Origin: a virus
Taxonomy: Duplodnaviria; Caudoviricetes
Strand: one strand, 5' to 3'
DNA length: 60,606 nucleotides
Virus record (IMG/VR): IMGVR_UViG_3300011435_000002
Coordinates: 1 to 60,606 of that record
Below the pieces are notes generated by a model. The model saw only the letters and a list, made by a program, of their open reading frames with translations, did no database searches and had not been told where the DNA came from. Shown here piece after piece: positions 45,511 to 54,370 of this stretch; position 1 is the first letter of the stretch; each line of letters begins with the position of its first letter. The position numbers were made by a program, and so were the translations under genes.

Positions 45511-47918
45511 TGTTCACCCCAATGAGTTCCTACTGTCACGTCTGCCTCGATCGGCACTGTCGGCTTGAACCCGAACAGCTTCTTCAGCGGTAGATTTTCC
45601 ATGACTTGTTTCGTGATTTTAGCTGCTTCCCCAGCATAATCCTCTGTGGCTTCAATGAGGATAGAATCATGTACGTTCCCAAGGATGTGTGCTCTTTCAC
45701 TGTCGAGCTTCTTACTAAGTAGGACCATTGAGAGTACAGTAAGATCGGAAGCAAAGCCCTGAACCGGTGCGTTGATTGCCTCCCTCTCGGCGTCTCCCTG
45801 AACCATCTCATCGGTAGAATTGATCGTGGGCAAGTGACGAATCCTTCCGATAGGGGAAGTAACTTGACCTGTGTTCCTAACAACTCGTCGAGCTCTTTCA
45901 TGCCAAGCAGGGAGTCGATTGTACTGAGCAAAGAAAGCTTTACGATATGCCTGCGCCTCAGCGTCTGTAACTTCCGTGGCAAACTTTTCCTTAGCGTAGA
46001 CTTTGAACTTCTTCCAACCCATTCCATAGAGGAATCCAAAGTTCACCGCCTTTGCAAGTTTGCGTTCTTCCTTAGTCAACGACTTCGCAGGTTTGCCCAA
46101 AATCTTTGAAGCCGTCTCCGCATGCGGATCTCCGCCTGAATTGAATGCTTTTGTAAGAGCCCCATCTCTGGATAACATCGCAGCAATTCGCAACTCGATT
46201 TGAGCAAAGTCAGCTTCAATGAATTTCCAGCCCGACTCCACACCGATAATGCTTCGAATGTAAATATCTCGTGGCACCTGTTGCATATTAGAGGATAGTC
46301 GCCCGGTGACAGTTCCAGAGATGTTATAAGAGGTGAAAAGTCGTGGTCGGCCAGCAACTCTAACTCGGTCCATCCAATTTCTAGTATAGGTTGACTCATT
46401 CTTTTGCCACTTCCTCAGTTCCATAAGCTTGGCAACAGCCGGGTGTTTGTCTACGAGTTGGAGAAGTGCTGATTCGTTGGTTGAAGCAGCTCCCTTTGGT
46501 GTTCTGACTACGATCGGCAATTTGAGGTGACCGAAGAACCACTTACCCAAGAACTGCGGTGACCTGAAGTTGGCGATATCTTGTAAGTCCTCAGGGAGCA
46601 TCTCCATCATCTCATCGTTGACTTGCTTAATCTTGCGAAGGATAGACCTGTGGCGACGCTCTAGACGATCCATGTCCACGGGGAATCCGACCTCCTCGAA
46701 GTCGACGAACGCTCGACACGCGGGCATAGTCAAATTGATGAAAAGTCGGGCCAGTCTTGGGTGTTTCTTCAAATCTTCTCTGAAGATATGGTAGAGTCGA
46801 AGTGTGTAATCTGTATCCTTCCCATTGTAGATAGCAAGTTTACGAAGTGGAGTAACATTCGCACCGAAACTAATCCCGGCTTCGTAGTCATCAGCTCCAA
46901 GCAAGGATCGAGCAAGAGGCTTAAGTCCGCTGGGGCGATTCTCATCGAGCAGGTGAGCTGCAAGTTTAGTATCAAAGTGCGAGTAGAGATTGACACCCTT
47001 TACTCTCATCCATGCTTCATCGAACTTAACATTATGTCCGACCATTTTCTTTCCAGCAAGTGCCACATCCAAAGCACTGTAGACACGTTCGATGGGGATG
47101 TCCCAGCTTGATTCTGGATGTTCAAGCGCGACCACGTACGACTTTCCCGGTTCCCACGAGAACGAACAAGTGTGAATAACTCCATCAGGTGACCATGGAT
47201 GGAGGCCACCTTCATCCTCGTAAGCATTAGTACTCCCTGTCTCTACATCGAATGCGATGGGTGTCTCAACTGATGCAAGCATCTTGCATAGCATCGCAAG
47301 TGATTTCGAATTCCGAATTAGCTTACTTTCTGTTTCCGGGGTGGTATCTTCACCTTTGGTCAGGCGGACAAAGGACAGCAGGTCGCCTCTGAAGCCGCTG
47401 TCTAGCCCGGGATTTCGTAGGACGGCGGCAGGATGGACCGTCACAAAGGCCGTCGCGCCAGACGGCAACACCTTTGAAGTTCCCCGTTTCTTCATAACCC
47501 CCGAAGTGTTCAGGATTGCTTTGAGTGCCGCGTTGCCCATAACGAGAATGTAGTCAGGCCGAACAATCTCGAGCTCAGACCGCATGTAAACACCGCAAGC
47601 CTTAATCTGCCCTGGTGTTGGCGTTGCATTATCCGGTGGTCTACATCTAGCCGCATTAGTGATGTAAACGGAGTCTCTTGGCATTCCAACTTCGGATAGA
47701 ATGCGATCGAGATACCTACCGGCAGGTCCTGAGAAGGGGCGAGCGATATCATCTTCCCTCGCACCGGGTGCTTCCCCGACGAGCATGATGCGAGCTGGGA
47801 CAGGGCCGTCTCCCAGTAAACAAACCGATTGTGCTTCCTTATGAAGGGGACAGAGAACACAATTCTCATTCCTTATTGGCAGCCAGACTTTCTTGTAGGC
47901 TTCAGGATTAAGGGGCAT
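45507..47918 (-). CDS. polA: Family A DNA polymerase with N-terminal family-4 UDG domain and 3'-5' exonuclease
   Basis: CVLC, GEAPG, TN..RCRPP.N and HP (UDG); FDVET and HNVKFD (exo); TGRLSS, ADFAQIELR, RKLAKAVNFGFLYG and VHDS (pol); start moved to MPLNPE at 47918. Confidence 0.93.
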   Translation of the reverse strand: MPLNPEAYKKVWLPIRNENCVLCPLHKEAQSVCLLGDGPVPARIMLVGEAPGAREDDIARPFSGPAGRYLDRILSEVGMPRDSVYITNAARCRPPDNATPTPGQIKACGVYMRSELEIVRPDYILVMGNAALKAILNTSGVMKKRGTSKVLPSGATAFVTVHPAAVLRNPGLDSGFRGDLLSFVRLTKGEDTTPETESKLIRNSKSLAMLCKMLASVETPIAFDVETGSTNAYEDEGGLHPWSPDGVIHTCSFSWEPGKSYVVALEHPESSWDIPIERVYSALDVALAGKKMVGHNVKFDEAWMRVKGVNLYSHFDTKLAAHLLDENRPSGLKPLARSLLGADDYEAGISFGANVTPLRKLAIYNGKDTDYTLRLYHIFREDLKKHPRLARLFINLTMPACRAFVDFEEVGFPVDMDRLERRHRSILRKIKQVNDEMMEMLPEDLQDIANFRSPQFLGKWFFGHLKLPIVVRTPKGAASTNESALLQLVDKHPAVAKLMELRKWQKNESTYTRNWMDRVRVAGRPRLFTSYNISGTVTGRLSSNMQQVPRDIYIRSIIGVESGWKFIEADFAQIELRIAAMLSRDGALTKAFNSGGDPHAETASKILGKPAKSLTKEERKLAKAVNFGFLYGMGWKKFKVYAKEKFATEVTDAEAQAYRKAFFAQYNRLPAWHERARRVVRNTGQVTSPIGRIRHLPTINSTDEMVQGDAEREAINAPVQGFASDLTVLSMVLLSKKLDSERAHILGNVHDSILIEATEDYAGEAAKITKQVMENLPLKKLFGFKPTVPIEADVTVGTHWGEH

Positions 47919-48477
47919 CGTTGGGCATCCTGATAGGAATCCACCCGAGGTCTTCGTGTCTGATTTCCGCGGGCGAAGCCCCTTTCTTATCAGCGCATTG
48001 TGGACAGGGGGGAATACCCCAAGAAGCCCAACCATGTATACATTCTTCTGGTGGTGGAATGTGGTGAATTTCTAGTCCCGCCGTTTCGAGGAGGACGAGT
48101 CCGGTGGGATCGCGATAGGGGTGTTCGTAGACGACTCGAGAAATTCCTGAATTGATAACCGACTTCGCGCAGGCATCACAAGGCGAATGTGTGCAGTGGA
48201 GCTCCGCACCATCTGTGCTAGTTCCGAATCGGGCTGCGAAAGCAATTGCATTAGCCTCTGCATGAACTGTTCTGCTGCATCCTGAGTTGATGCCGAGTGA
48301 ACAACCAACGTCTGTGCAGTGGGGGAGTCCAGCAGGAGCTCCAACGTAACCCGTGCTAATGATTCTTCCTTCTCTCGAGATGATCGCTCCGACCTGTGCA
48401 CGATTACACGTTCCTCTCGTACTCATTACTACAGCAAGTCGCATTAGCCACTCATCTCGATTTGGTCTATCGATCAT
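47908..48477 (-). CDS. dCMP deaminase
   Basis: TCNRAQVGA, TVHAEANAI, SPCDACAK. Confidence 0.92.
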   Translation of the reverse strand: MIDRPNRDEWLMRLAVVMSTRGTCNRAQVGAIISREGRIISTGYVGAPAGLPHCTDVGCSLGINSGCSRTVHAEANAIAFAARFGTSTDGAELHCTHSPCDACAKSVINSGISRVVYEHPYRDPTGLVLLETAGLEIHHIPPPEECIHGWASWGIPPCPQCADKKGASPAEIRHEDLGWIPIRMPNDAP

Positions 48478-49229
48478 AGCAACTCTCTCTCAGCTGCGAA
48501 GACGTGCATACTTGAGATGTGCATTACGAGTTTGTTAGCTGGTGCCCCCACTTGTTTTCCCACCCATTGAGCCAATCTCCCCGCCATGTAGACATCATCA
48601 CGGAAGTGTCTGAAGAAGTCACACGATCGAATGTAGTAGACGATCTTCAGGTTTCCGTTTCTGATGAGGAAGTGGTAGCCGAGCGTGCACGGAACGCGCT
48701 GTCCTTCAGCTGCTCCAGTATCCTCTGGAAACCAGACCGGAAGATAAGCTTGCCGTGTCCCCGGACGGGACTGTAGGAGTAGAACGAGATCGGAGAGGTC
48801 GCCCCAGGGATATCGGATTCCGAAGTTGACAATCTCTCCTTTGTCGCTTCCGGCTGTCTTTGGCCAGAATCTTTCGGGATAGGTGTGGCTGAATTTCTCA
48901 TCGGACTTGAACTGTTCGTTATCTCTCTGAGCGTACGGCCACCAAGCACTTGAGGGTGGTGGATTCCACGGTTTTCCACTGACTCTCTCCTGGAAGTGAT
49001 CTTCAGCCCAGGGCAGATTGGGCCGCACCGCTGTCTGCCACTTCTCCTTCCTGTCTGGAATACCCACCTCGAATGACACGTCTTCGATCTCAATAGTCGC
49101 TGCTTGTGGCATTTCCGCATTCTGGATTGCTTGCCACTCGCCGACTTGAACTTCAGGAGCTAACTTGAGTCTATCCTGAATCTCAACCGCGATGGTATTG
49201 AAGTCCGCGGTCCAGGGAATCACGTTCAT
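48474..49229 (-). CDS. Thymidylate synthase-fold pyrimidine-modifying enzyme 1
   Basis: TRQAYL, RVPCTLGYHF, IRSCDFFRHFRDD, SMH; start at 49229 by ATGA coupling. Confidence 0.85.
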   Translation of the reverse strand: MNVIPWTADFNTIAVEIQDRLKLAPEVQVGEWQAIQNAEMPQAATIEIEDVSFEVGIPDRKEKWQTAVRPNLPWAEDHFQERVSGKPWNPPPSSAWWPYAQRDNEQFKSDEKFSHTYPERFWPKTAGSDKGEIVNFGIRYPWGDLSDLVLLLQSRPGTRQAYLPVWFPEDTGAAEGQRVPCTLGYHFLIRNGNLKIVYYIRSCDFFRHFRDDVYMAGRLAQWVGKQVGAPANKLVMHISSMHVFAAERELL

Positions 49230-49420
49230 CGCATCGACTTCGGCAGGCATGATTTCTTGATGCGACCACTATTTCGCATCTGGGAGTAGGTCTGTACTCT
49301 CCTCTCTCGTGGAATCTTCAGCAGTTTCTTGGCTTCTGATTCGGTCAGTGGAGTCTCATCTGACCGGAGTGGGGCCGATTCCGTTAGTTCCCGAATGTTT
49401 CCCTGTTGATCCATTCCCAT
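49226..49420 (-). CDS. Small basic hypothetical protein between the two TS-fold genes
   Basis: GGAG before ATG 49420; stop coupled to the TS1 start. Confidence 0.45.
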   Translation of the reverse strand: MGMDQQGNIRELTESAPLRSDETPLTESEAKKLLKIPRERRVQTYSQMRNSGRIKKSCLPKSMR

Positions 49421-50297
49421 CAATAATCTCCAACTTTGGGCGACGACCTTTCCCTGTGAGAATAAGGTCGGATGCCTCCCGTGCAGTAAGTCGTTTCTTA
49501 CCTTTGTTAATGTTCTTCTCTGCATGCCACCCCTTCAACTGTAACGTCTCCACAGGGAATGACCTGAAGTACCCTTCCTGTGCGTTCTCCCACTTCGTCT
49601 TCATCCTTCGGGCGGCTCTCCACTTGATTTCCTCCATCGGCCTATTCATGTAAGCGACGTAGTAGCGGACAGCATCACCGATGCGATTATCTTGTTCTGA
49701 GTATTTCTTCAGGAGCCCTCGCTGCTCGAGGAAGTGGACCGTCTCGACTGTTTTGAGGATGAAGTTGGGGCACATGATTTGGAATCGAATGGTAGAGGGG
49801 TCGACTCCCATTCGTTCTCCAAGTCTTCGAGCCACGAAGTCAGCGAGTGCATAATCCGCGACTCCAGAGAACCCCAGTGATTGGGCCCGAGTGAAGAGAG
49901 TGAGAGTAGGGGGTTTGCTCTTAGGCTGTCGTCTGAAACTGTAACCGAGGAGACAGTTCCCCCATTGGTGGACCGCTTTCTTTCCACCGAAATTAGGAGG
50001 GACGCCTTTGAACTGCCAAAGCGCATCGTACGTCTTCACATTCATTGCATTCTCGATCCAGGCGTGGAGAGACTCAACATCCACGTACTGGCCCGTGAAC
50101 TTGGACCACTTTGTAGGTGTGAGTCCGATGTCGCCTAGGTCGAAATCAAAGACGGCTGACTTGGCTATCACATGGTTCTGAAACGAATGGATGATGTTGC
50201 GTTGGAAGTAGTCTATCACCCCCTTCTCGTCATTGAGCATCCCGAAGTAAGCGCCTTCCCAGGCAGCCTTAAGATCAGGAAATACCTTGTTGATCAC
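49356..50297 (-). CDS. Divergent thymidylate synthase-fold protein 2
   Basis: HQWGNCLLGYSFR...LTLFTRAQSLGFSGVAD parallels the TS C...R-x10-D core. Confidence 0.55.
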   Translation of the reverse strand: MINKVFPDLKAAWEGAYFGMLNDEKGVIDYFQRNIIHSFQNHVIAKSAVFDFDLGDIGLTPTKWSKFTGQYVDVESLHAWIENAMNVKTYDALWQFKGVPPNFGGKKAVHQWGNCLLGYSFRRQPKSKPPTLTLFTRAQSLGFSGVADYALADFVARRLGERMGVDPSTIRFQIMCPNFILKTVETVHFLEQRGLLKKYSEQDNRIGDAVRYYVAYMNRPMEEIKWRAARRMKTKWENAQEGYFRSFPVETLQLKGWHAEKNINKGKKRLTAREASDLILTGKGRRPKLEIIDGNGSTGKHSGTNGIGPTPVR

Positions 50298-50542
50298 CCT
50301 TCGGAAACTCCTGCCTGTAGCCTACGCATTCTGTCTACTCGCTTCAACTTACGTTCCAGTACTTCAACGAACTCTTGAGGTTTGATGACACCTGTTAGAA
50401 TCAGGATGTCAATACAGACTTGGAGTTCTGCTGCTGACACCGTGGCTGATCCATACTCCCTTGCGAACCTGTCTCTGACTGACTCCGGTTCTGCGCCTCG
50501 TTGACGATACGCCTCAGAGGCCGGCATTTCAGGATTCGGCAT
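50294..50542 (-). CDS. Hypothetical protein
   Basis: Coupled ORF in the operon. Confidence 0.6.
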   Translation of the reverse strand: MPNPEMPASEAYRQRGAEPESVRDRFAREYGSATVSAAELQVCIDILILTGVIKPQEFVEVLERKLKRVDRMRRLQAGVSEG

Positions 50543-50933
50543 CTGATCCTTCCGCTAGTCCGCCTTTCTTAGCTGAGTAAGTTCCTGACGCTGCTCGGCG
50601 TCGGTTGATTTCCTGCTTCCGCTGATATTCTGCTGCTAGTTCGTCGTCATCCACTCCAAGGATTGTTAGCATGTTGCCGAGGAAATGGAGGGCGTCGATA
50701 ACTTCATCTCTTACTCTGTCACGATTGACAAAGGGTGGATCGGTGGCCCAAGGTTTCCAGCTGAATTCTTCCCTCGCTTCAGCTAGTTCCTGAATTGCCG
50801 CCGTTTGATTCCAGTCGAGATAATCAGCTACTTCTGCATCGGCATCGTCGCCGTCCATAGTAGATGCATATAGGTCTCCAAACCCATACGTCTCGCGCTG
50901 GAGTCGATCAGTACTCTCGAGCCACCGCCACAT
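50529..50933 (-). CDS. Dimeric all-alpha dUTPase/dCTPase-like pyrophosphatase
   Basis: QELAE...WKPW...DEVIDALHF...Y..K...N..R. Confidence 0.85.
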   Translation of the reverse strand: MWRWLESTDRLQRETYGFGDLYASTMDGDDADAEVADYLDWNQTAAIQELAEAREEFSWKPWATDPPFVNRDRVRDEVIDALHFLGNMLTILGVDDDELAAEYQRKQEINRRRAASGTYSAKKGGLAEGSDAES

Positions 50934-50934
50934 C

Positions 50935-51171
50935 TTACGGGACGTCCGGTGTCGGCGTCACTACTTCCTTGGCTGCAGTCTTCTCTGCCTTGGTAGGCTT
51001 ACAGCTGTGGTCTACCTCAGCACCCTCAGGGAGTTCCTCGACCGTCTGAAGTCCGACGACCATCCCACAGAAGGCAGGAGGAGGAATCTGGTTACGAGGG
51101 TCCTGTGGGTAGAGGGAGTGCCAGTTACCTTCAGCATCCTGTGCGTAGACAGGTGTGAGCTCATCAGTCAC
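50935..51171 (-). CDS. Small hypothetical protein (H...CG...C)
   Basis: AGGAG RBS. Confidence 0.6.
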   Translation of the reverse strand: MTDELTPVYAQDAEGNWHSLYPQDPRNQIPPPAFCGMVVGLQTVEELPEGAEVDHSCKPTKAEKTAAKEVVTPTPDVP

Positions 51172-51667
51172 TTGAATCTCCTGTATCTGTGTTAGGAAGT
51201 TGCGTCCTATTCACGAGTCTCCATTCGATTGGTCCCGTGAAACAATGTTCAAGAAACGTGCAGAGACCTCCGGAAAGATCCCACGTACGGCCTGCAACGT
51301 AGGGGCCTCGATCAATAACAGGTACGACTGCTCTCCTTCCTTCCCATCGAAACTCAACGAGAGTTCCGCACGGCAAGGAACGATGAGCGACTCCTCTGAG
51401 ACTTGTGGTATATGCCAATCCGCAGGCGGTGCGGTTCCCGTAGAATCCTGGTCCATACCAGCTTACCTCTGGGTCCCTGATCCAGGCAACATCACGTACC
51501 TGAATAGGCGGTTCGCTAGCTTGTACGCTTTCCACCTGTATAGAGGGTCGATCGTTGGTGGTGGTTGCGGTGGTCGATACCTGCGTCCCACTACAAAAGA
51601 TCTGAATTGACCCAAGTAGTAAGACAAACAAGTTTCGTAAGTGTTGTATCTGTTCATCGAAGTTCAC
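51164..51667 (-). CDS. RlpA-like (DPBB) lytic transglycosylase with N-terminal hydrophobic segment
   Basis: SWYGPGFYGNRTACG, AHRSLPCGT, VIDRGPYV..R.WDLS. Confidence 0.88.
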   Translation of the reverse strand: MNFDEQIQHLRNLFVLLLGSIQIFCSGTQVSTTATTTNDRPSIQVESVQASEPPIQVRDVAWIRDPEVSWYGPGFYGNRTACGLAYTTSLRGVAHRSLPCGTLVEFRWEGRRAVVPVIDRGPYVAGRTWDLSGGLCTFLEHCFTGPIEWRLVNRTQLPNTDTGDSSD

Positions 51668-52172
51668 CAGTAAGGTAGCCTCTTACGGTTTCCGTCACCC
51701 CGTCGGGTTCTGTAGTCGCCTCCCAGTTGTAAAGGTAGAACCTCCTTCCATAGTAGTCGACCTCCTGCGAGAAAAGATAGTCGTACTCATCGACGAGTTT
51801 TTCAATGTTCTCGTGTACTCCTTCCATTTGGTCGCCTCTGATGTTAGAGGTGATGGTTGAGTACATTGGACGGCAGTAGATCAACAGAGCATCTCGTCGC
51901 AACTGCCCAATCGTTCTGACGATAGTAGTGCCTTTCGCTTTGATACTTCCTCGGATGACAGGACCATAGACAAGTTCAGAGTAGAAAAACCTATCATGAA
52001 TCGGGATGTCTGGGTCGTGACTTTCTCCAATCGCCTGCGGCCACCACAGGTCGAACATCTGCTTGTCTTCCATGGTGTTTCTGACAATCTCGAGTTGAGG
52101 ATAGATAGTAGTCAGCCCTCTAATCAATGTCGATTTGCCAGCTCCATCCGGACCTTCAACGATGATTCTCAC
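51654..52172 (-). CDS. P-loop dNMP (thymidylate-like) kinase
   Basis: IIVEGPDGAGKST, DRF.YSE.VYG. Confidence 0.88.
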   Translation of the reverse strand: MRIIVEGPDGAGKSTLIRGLTTIYPQLEIVRNTMEDKQMFDLWWPQAIGESHDPDIPIHDRFFYSELVYGPVIRGSIKAKGTTIVRTIGQLRRDALLIYCRPMYSTITSNIRGDQMEGVHENIEKLVDEYDYLFSQEVDYYGRRFYLYNWEATTEPDGVTETVRGYLTGELR

Positions 52173-52191
52173 CAGTACCTCCTATTGACGC

Positions 52192-52221
52192 ATTATAAGA
52201 CAACCTGACACTGGATGTCAA
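52192..52221 (-). promoter_or_regulatory. Consensus promoter, class B, for the nucleotide-modification/Pol operon
   Basis: TTGACA-18 bp-TATAAT with GTTGTCT upstream of the -10; AGGAGG RBS downstream. Confidence 0.8.
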
Positions 52222-53690
52222 CGTTCCAGAATATGGGGGTCGTGCAAGATCGCTTTTGCTACCTTACCCTTCTGTTTGAGTACGCTGTAGACGATTGTGT
52301 CAATACTCCTGGGAACTACTAAGTGATAGTACATCACCTTCGTCCCCTTCTGACCCGGTCTGTGGAGACGATCCTGTGATTGCCAGTAGTGAAGTGCCGA
52401 GTAACTCATGCTGTAGTAGATGCAGATGTCAGCTGCGAATAGCTCGATCCCCTCTGAGCCTGCCTGCAGTTGGGCGATCATTACTTTGACGTTTGGATCG
52501 TTCTGAAACTCCTCAATGTTACTGTCCCTGCGAGGACCGGTAACACTTCCGGACAGTATCCTATATCCTACCTTCTGTTTCGTGAGTGCTGCTTCGAGTC
52601 GTTCGAGGTCCGCAATGAAGCGGACGAAGATAACAGCCTTGTGGCCTTCCTCAATGACCAGATCCGAAATGAGGTCCATGCAAGCTCGGAGCTTTCCATC
52701 GTCGAATACCCTGATTTTACCCTCGACATCTTTGACAAATCCCGATGTAATCTGCGATAGGCGGAGAAGCTTAGTGAGTACGATGGTAGCCGTTGCATGC
52801 GTCTCCTCGATTTCAATGATCATCTCCTTAGCCATCTGACGGTAGAGAGCTTCGGCCTTGGGAGAAAGTGTTACCGGAATGTCCAGGTACACTTTAGGAG
52901 GTAAATCAAAACAGTCCTTCTTCCGAACTCGATAGGACCACTTGCGAACTTTGGCAATTAGTTCATCGAGATGCCGGTATCCCTTCAATTGGAACTTGCC
53001 GAATCCTCCCCAGATTCCGTACTTCTTTTTGAATCTACCCCAGTCACTTCGGGAGTCACCGGTTCCAAAGATCTTCTCATCAACAACTCGGAACTGTCCG
53101 AAAGCATCGAGCGGGGCTTTAGTGATGGGAGTACCCGTGAGGATAAGCGTCTGGTCGACTTCTCTAGAGATGCGGTGGGCTGATCTAGATTGTTTGGAGT
53201 AAGCGGATTTGAGTCTATGAGATTCATCAAAGATAACAAGATCTGGTTGCCACTTGATAAGTAACCCCTCAACACTCTTTCCAGTGTCATCATCGTCACG
53301 CCAGATGCCTTCGTAGTTGATAATGATATACGTGAGTTTCGTCTCATCAGGATGGCGCAAGATTCGTGATAGTGTGTTAACTCGATGTTTCGTAGCGCCC
53401 TCAAGACGGAAAGCTCTGGAAGGGACGTTAGAATGTTGACGGATCTGACGTGGCCAAACTCCAAGCACCGAAAGTGGAGCGACAACCAACACTCGTCTGA
53501 CATCCCAGTTATAGAATCCGATCCCTGCCCAGTCAATTGCTACCTTCGTCTTTCCCGTGGACATCTCCATGAAGAGAGCTCCACGACCCTCTAGCTTGAG
53601 GAGCTTGTTGAGAGCTTTTTTCTGATGAGAGTACGGCTTGGTTTTATACGTATACCGAAGTCGTTTACTCGGAGTTAGAGTAAGGCTCAA
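52218..53690 (-). CDS. SNF2-family helicase
   Basis: MSTGKT, NYE, DESH, LTGTP, QSQDRLHRPGQ. Confidence 0.92.
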   Translation of the reverse strand: MSLTLTPSKRLRYTYKTKPYSHQKKALNKLLKLEGRGALFMEMSTGKTKVAIDWAGIGFYNWDVRRVLVVAPLSVLGVWPRQIRQHSNVPSRAFRLEGATKHRVNTLSRILRHPDETKLTYIIINYEGIWRDDDDTGKSVEGLLIKWQPDLVIFDESHRLKSAYSKQSRSAHRISREVDQTLILTGTPITKAPLDAFGQFRVVDEKIFGTGDSRSDWGRFKKKYGIWGGFGKFQLKGYRHLDELIAKVRKWSYRVRKKDCFDLPPKVYLDIPVTLSPKAEALYRQMAKEMIIEIEETHATATIVLTKLLRLSQITSGFVKDVEGKIRVFDDGKLRACMDLISDLVIEEGHKAVIFVRFIADLERLEAALTKQKVGYRILSGSVTGPRRDSNIEEFQNDPNVKVMIAQLQAGSEGIELFAADICIYYSMSYSALHYWQSQDRLHRPGQKGTKVMYYHLVVPRSIDTIVYSVLKQKGKVAKAILHDPHILER

Positions 53691-53880
53691 GTTCTTCGTC
53701 CGTCAGCAGGTTCCTACCACAGTAGGGGTTACCAAGCCAATCAACAGTAGCTGTGTGCATCCACCTACGTTCGTCGCCCTCTTCTCCTTTACCCCATGTT
53801 TTGATGCCTTCAGTACGTTCCTTAACTGGAATCCAACAGTGGGTGCAGACACTAACGCCTTCGGATGGCTCCTCGGACAT
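53665..53880 (-). CDS. Small Cys/His hypothetical protein
   Basis: CTHC...W.H...C; GGAGG RBS. Confidence 0.55.
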   Translation of the reverse strand: MSEEPSEGVSVCTHCWIPVKERTEGIKTWGKGEEGDERRWMHTATVDWLGNPYCGRNLLTDEELEPYSNSE

Positions 53881-54343
53881 CTCTCTTTCCTCCTTTCTTC
53901 TTCTGAGTCGCTTTAGCTTGTGCTCTCATCTCGTGTTCAATCTCATACCTCATGACGAGTTCTGGGTTATACTTACGCACGTATGCGTCCTTTACGCTGA
54001 TGCCACAGCCAGAGCACCGCATATAGATGAGCAGAGGTGAAGTACCTAAACCCCTTTCTTCGAACTCTCTCCACTTGATGCAGTAAGGACACCACATCAA
54101 CCCCCGTCTATCTGGGATTAGCTTCTTCAAAGGTGGTGGAAATGCCCTACTCATCGAAATGATGTCAACTACAGAAATGCCGCGGCGTTTGAGTTGTTTC
54201 CCAAACTCCACGGCCTTAGTCGGTCGTTCCCCATGAAACTGCTTGAAGAGAAGCCTACCATCCTCCGGCGATCGCCACTGGACTTTCCATTGGAATCTGA
54301 GTTTAGCTAACGACTCCTGCGTGAAAATTGGGCGTTCAAGCAT
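53852..54343 (-). CDS. Basic Zn-ribbon protein, first ORF after the structured RNA
   Basis: WCPYC...RCSGC; AAAGGAGAGG RBS. Confidence 0.7.
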   Translation of the reverse strand: MLERPIFTQESLAKLRFQWKVQWRSPEDGRLLFKQFHGERPTKAVEFGKQLKRRGISVVDIISMSRAFPPPLKKLIPDRRGLMWCPYCIKWREFEERGLGTSPLLIYMRCSGCGISVKDAYVRKYNPELVMRYEIEHEMRAQAKATQKKKGGKRDVRGAIRRR

Positions 54344-54370
54344 TCCTCTCCTTTCCTCGGGTGTGTGCAG

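Noticed and set aside
47919-48035. N-terminal extension of PolA in the ORF track
   Set aside because: Overlaps the dCMP deaminase 3' end; homology begins near MPLNPE at 47918
48474-49229. SPO1-type hmU (dUMP hydroxymethylase) pathway
   Set aside because: Suggested by the UDG-Pol and the deaminase, but the specificity position is Asp rather than Asn; disfavoured, not excluded
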